A DNA stretch of 64,000 bases from contig DATMKQ010000298.1 of the NCBI GenBank assembly GCA_035571275.1, positions 1,013 through 65,012 on the forward strand, read 5' to 3'. How positions within the stretch are numbered: the first letter of the stretch is position 1; the number at the start of each line of letters is the position of its first letter. Positions 62,924 to 64,000 of this stretch are shown here, one piece after another. The notes below the pieces were generated by a model. That model worked only from the letters and a program-made list of their open reading frames with translations, was not told where the DNA came from and made no database searches. Origin of the DNA: Trebonia sp. (GTDB lineage Bacteria; Actinomycetota; Actinomycetes; Streptosporangiales; Streptosporangiaceae). A program made the position numbers and the translations under genes.

Positions 62924-63352
62924 ATGGCGACTGCCGGGCTGCCGTTCCTGCCCGATCACTGGTATTACAACACCGAATCAGGCGAGCTCACCCACGGTAA
63001 CAACCTGGAAAACCTGGGCAATAACCTGGTCGGCGGCGCGGGCTGGCATGAGCTGAACATCCCGGGCAGCGACACCGAGGCCCAGGCGGCCGCGGCCGCG
63101 GCCGCCGAATTCCCCGGGGGAACCGCGCCGACTACCAGCCTGGCGACCGGGGAGGCCAACGCGCTGCAGGGGGAAACCGGGCTGACCGGCATCAACGCCA
63201 TCGGCCAGGCATTTTCCGACCTGGGAAACCGGGCTTTCTGGCTGCGCGCGGCCAAGGTCGTCGTCGGCGTGGTCCTGATCATCATCGGCGTCGCGCACCT
63301 TGCCCGTGCCGGATCCATCATCAGCACCGCAGCGAAGGCGGCACCGCTATGA
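62924..63352 (+). CDS. Virion protein with C-terminal TM
   Basis: FWLRAAKVVVGVVLIIIGV. Confidence 0.7.
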   Translation: MATAGLPFLPDHWYYNTESGELTHGNNLENLGNNLVGGAGWHELNIPGSDTEAQAAAAAAAEFPGGTAPTTSLATGEANALQGETGLTGINAIGQAFSDLGNRAFWLRAAKVVVGVVLIIIGVAHLARAGSIISTAAKAAPL

Positions 63353-63774
63353 CCCAGGCCAGCGAACTGGAAACCGCGGACCGCGCGCAGGCACCGATGA
63401 TCACCGTGCCCGTCATGGCCGAGGGACAGGACCTGTCCGGCGGCCACCAGGGCGTCGACTTCACGATGGTGGTCTCCACCGCCGTCAATCCCGTTGTGCA
63501 GCTGCTGCCGCGCGATTATGACCGCCTCGAGGCGCGGATCCTGACCATTGACGAACCCGTGGTCCTGGCGACGTCGAGGGAGATGGCAGAAAGTCCTGCC
63601 AACGCGGTGAACGCGGCGGGCCTGCCCGCCGTGGGGTCCGTGCTGCCGGTCGGCATCGACCGGGTGCGCCGGAACTGTGATGAGGTGTGGGTGGCCGCGA
63701 CGTCGGCGACGCCGACGCGGGTATCGGTCAGCGTGTCCCGGCGGCTGCCCGTGGCGCGGCCCGTGCTCCCGTGA
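63349..63774 (+). CDS. Putative single-jelly-roll penton-like protein
   Basis: 141 aa with beta-strand pattern (QLLPRDYDR.EARI, VVLA, GSVLP, EVWV, VSVSV); ATGA overlap. Confidence 0.5.
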   Translation: MTQASELETADRAQAPMITVPVMAEGQDLSGGHQGVDFTMVVSTAVNPVVQLLPRDYDRLEARILTIDEPVVLATSREMAESPANAVNAAGLPAVGSVLPVGIDRVRRNCDEVWVAATSATPTRVSVSVSRRLPVARPVLP

Positions 63775-64000
63775 GCACCCGGGTACCGCTTAGCGCTGTC
63801 GCATCAGTCACTCTTGACGGATCGGGAAACGGGACCGCGTCGGCGGGCCCGGCTTTGCCCGGCGTTACCTGGAATCCCGGCGGCAGCGGCATGACCGCAT
63901 CGGTTAGCATATCCACGAATAACAGCGAGGCGGTATGCCGCATTTACGCGGGGGGTCTCGCTATCGCATCTACATTCGTGGACGGGACAACATGGGGATC
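63771..64000 (+). CDS. Beta-rich virion protein, truncated by the window end
   Basis: GTGA overlap; MSTRVPLSAVASVTLDGSGNGTASAGP...WNP; open to the end. Confidence 0.6.
   Translation, partial: MSTRVPLSAVASVTLDGSGNGTASAGPALPGVTWNPGGSGMTASVSISTNNSEAVCRIYAGGLAIASTFVDGTTWG

Larger units (their letters stand above)
51018..64000. mobile_element. Integrated tectivirus-like (double-jelly-roll capsid) provirus; right end outside the window
   Basis: Begins at the broken tRNA; dense, coupled small ORFs; DJR capsid, packaging ATPase, small membrane proteins, transglycosylase, VRR-NUC, HTH initiator. Confidence 0.85.

Noticed and set aside
51018-64000. Tailed (Caudoviricetes) prophage
   Set aside because: No terminase, portal, HK97 capsid, tape-measure or tail genes recognised in the visible part

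Overview
High-GC actinobacterial chromosome spanning the replication origin. Gene order and the long low-complexity termini suggest a Streptosporangiales-like organism (inference). Positions 900-50,900 hold the conserved oriC neighbourhood: dnaB (with two inteins), rplI-rpsR-ssb-rpsF, nfo-like gene, GT87, ponA, PadR-ino1, CCA-adding enzyme, murJ, sigM-like ECF sigma and anti-sigma, trxB-trxA, parB/parA, rsmG, jag, yidC, yidD, rnpA, rpmH, dnaA-oriC-dnaN, recF, DUF721, gyrB, gyrA and DUF3566. At 50,978 the conserved tRNA-Ile(GAT) gene starts but breaks off one base after the anticodon loop. From there to the window end lies an integrated virus-like element. It encodes a PRD1/tectivirus-like double-jelly-roll major capsid protein, an FtsK/HerA-type packaging ATPase, P18/P32-like small membrane proteins, a lytic transglycosylase and a PASTA-domain membrane protein. 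In place of a protein-primed polymerase, the visible part has an HTH initiator gene with internal iterons (lambda-O-like origin). Its right end and any integrase lie outside the window. A second oddity is that parB is inverted relative to parA and is bracketed by a perfect 14-bp inverted repeat. All family assignments come from motif recognition by eye; no database searches were run.
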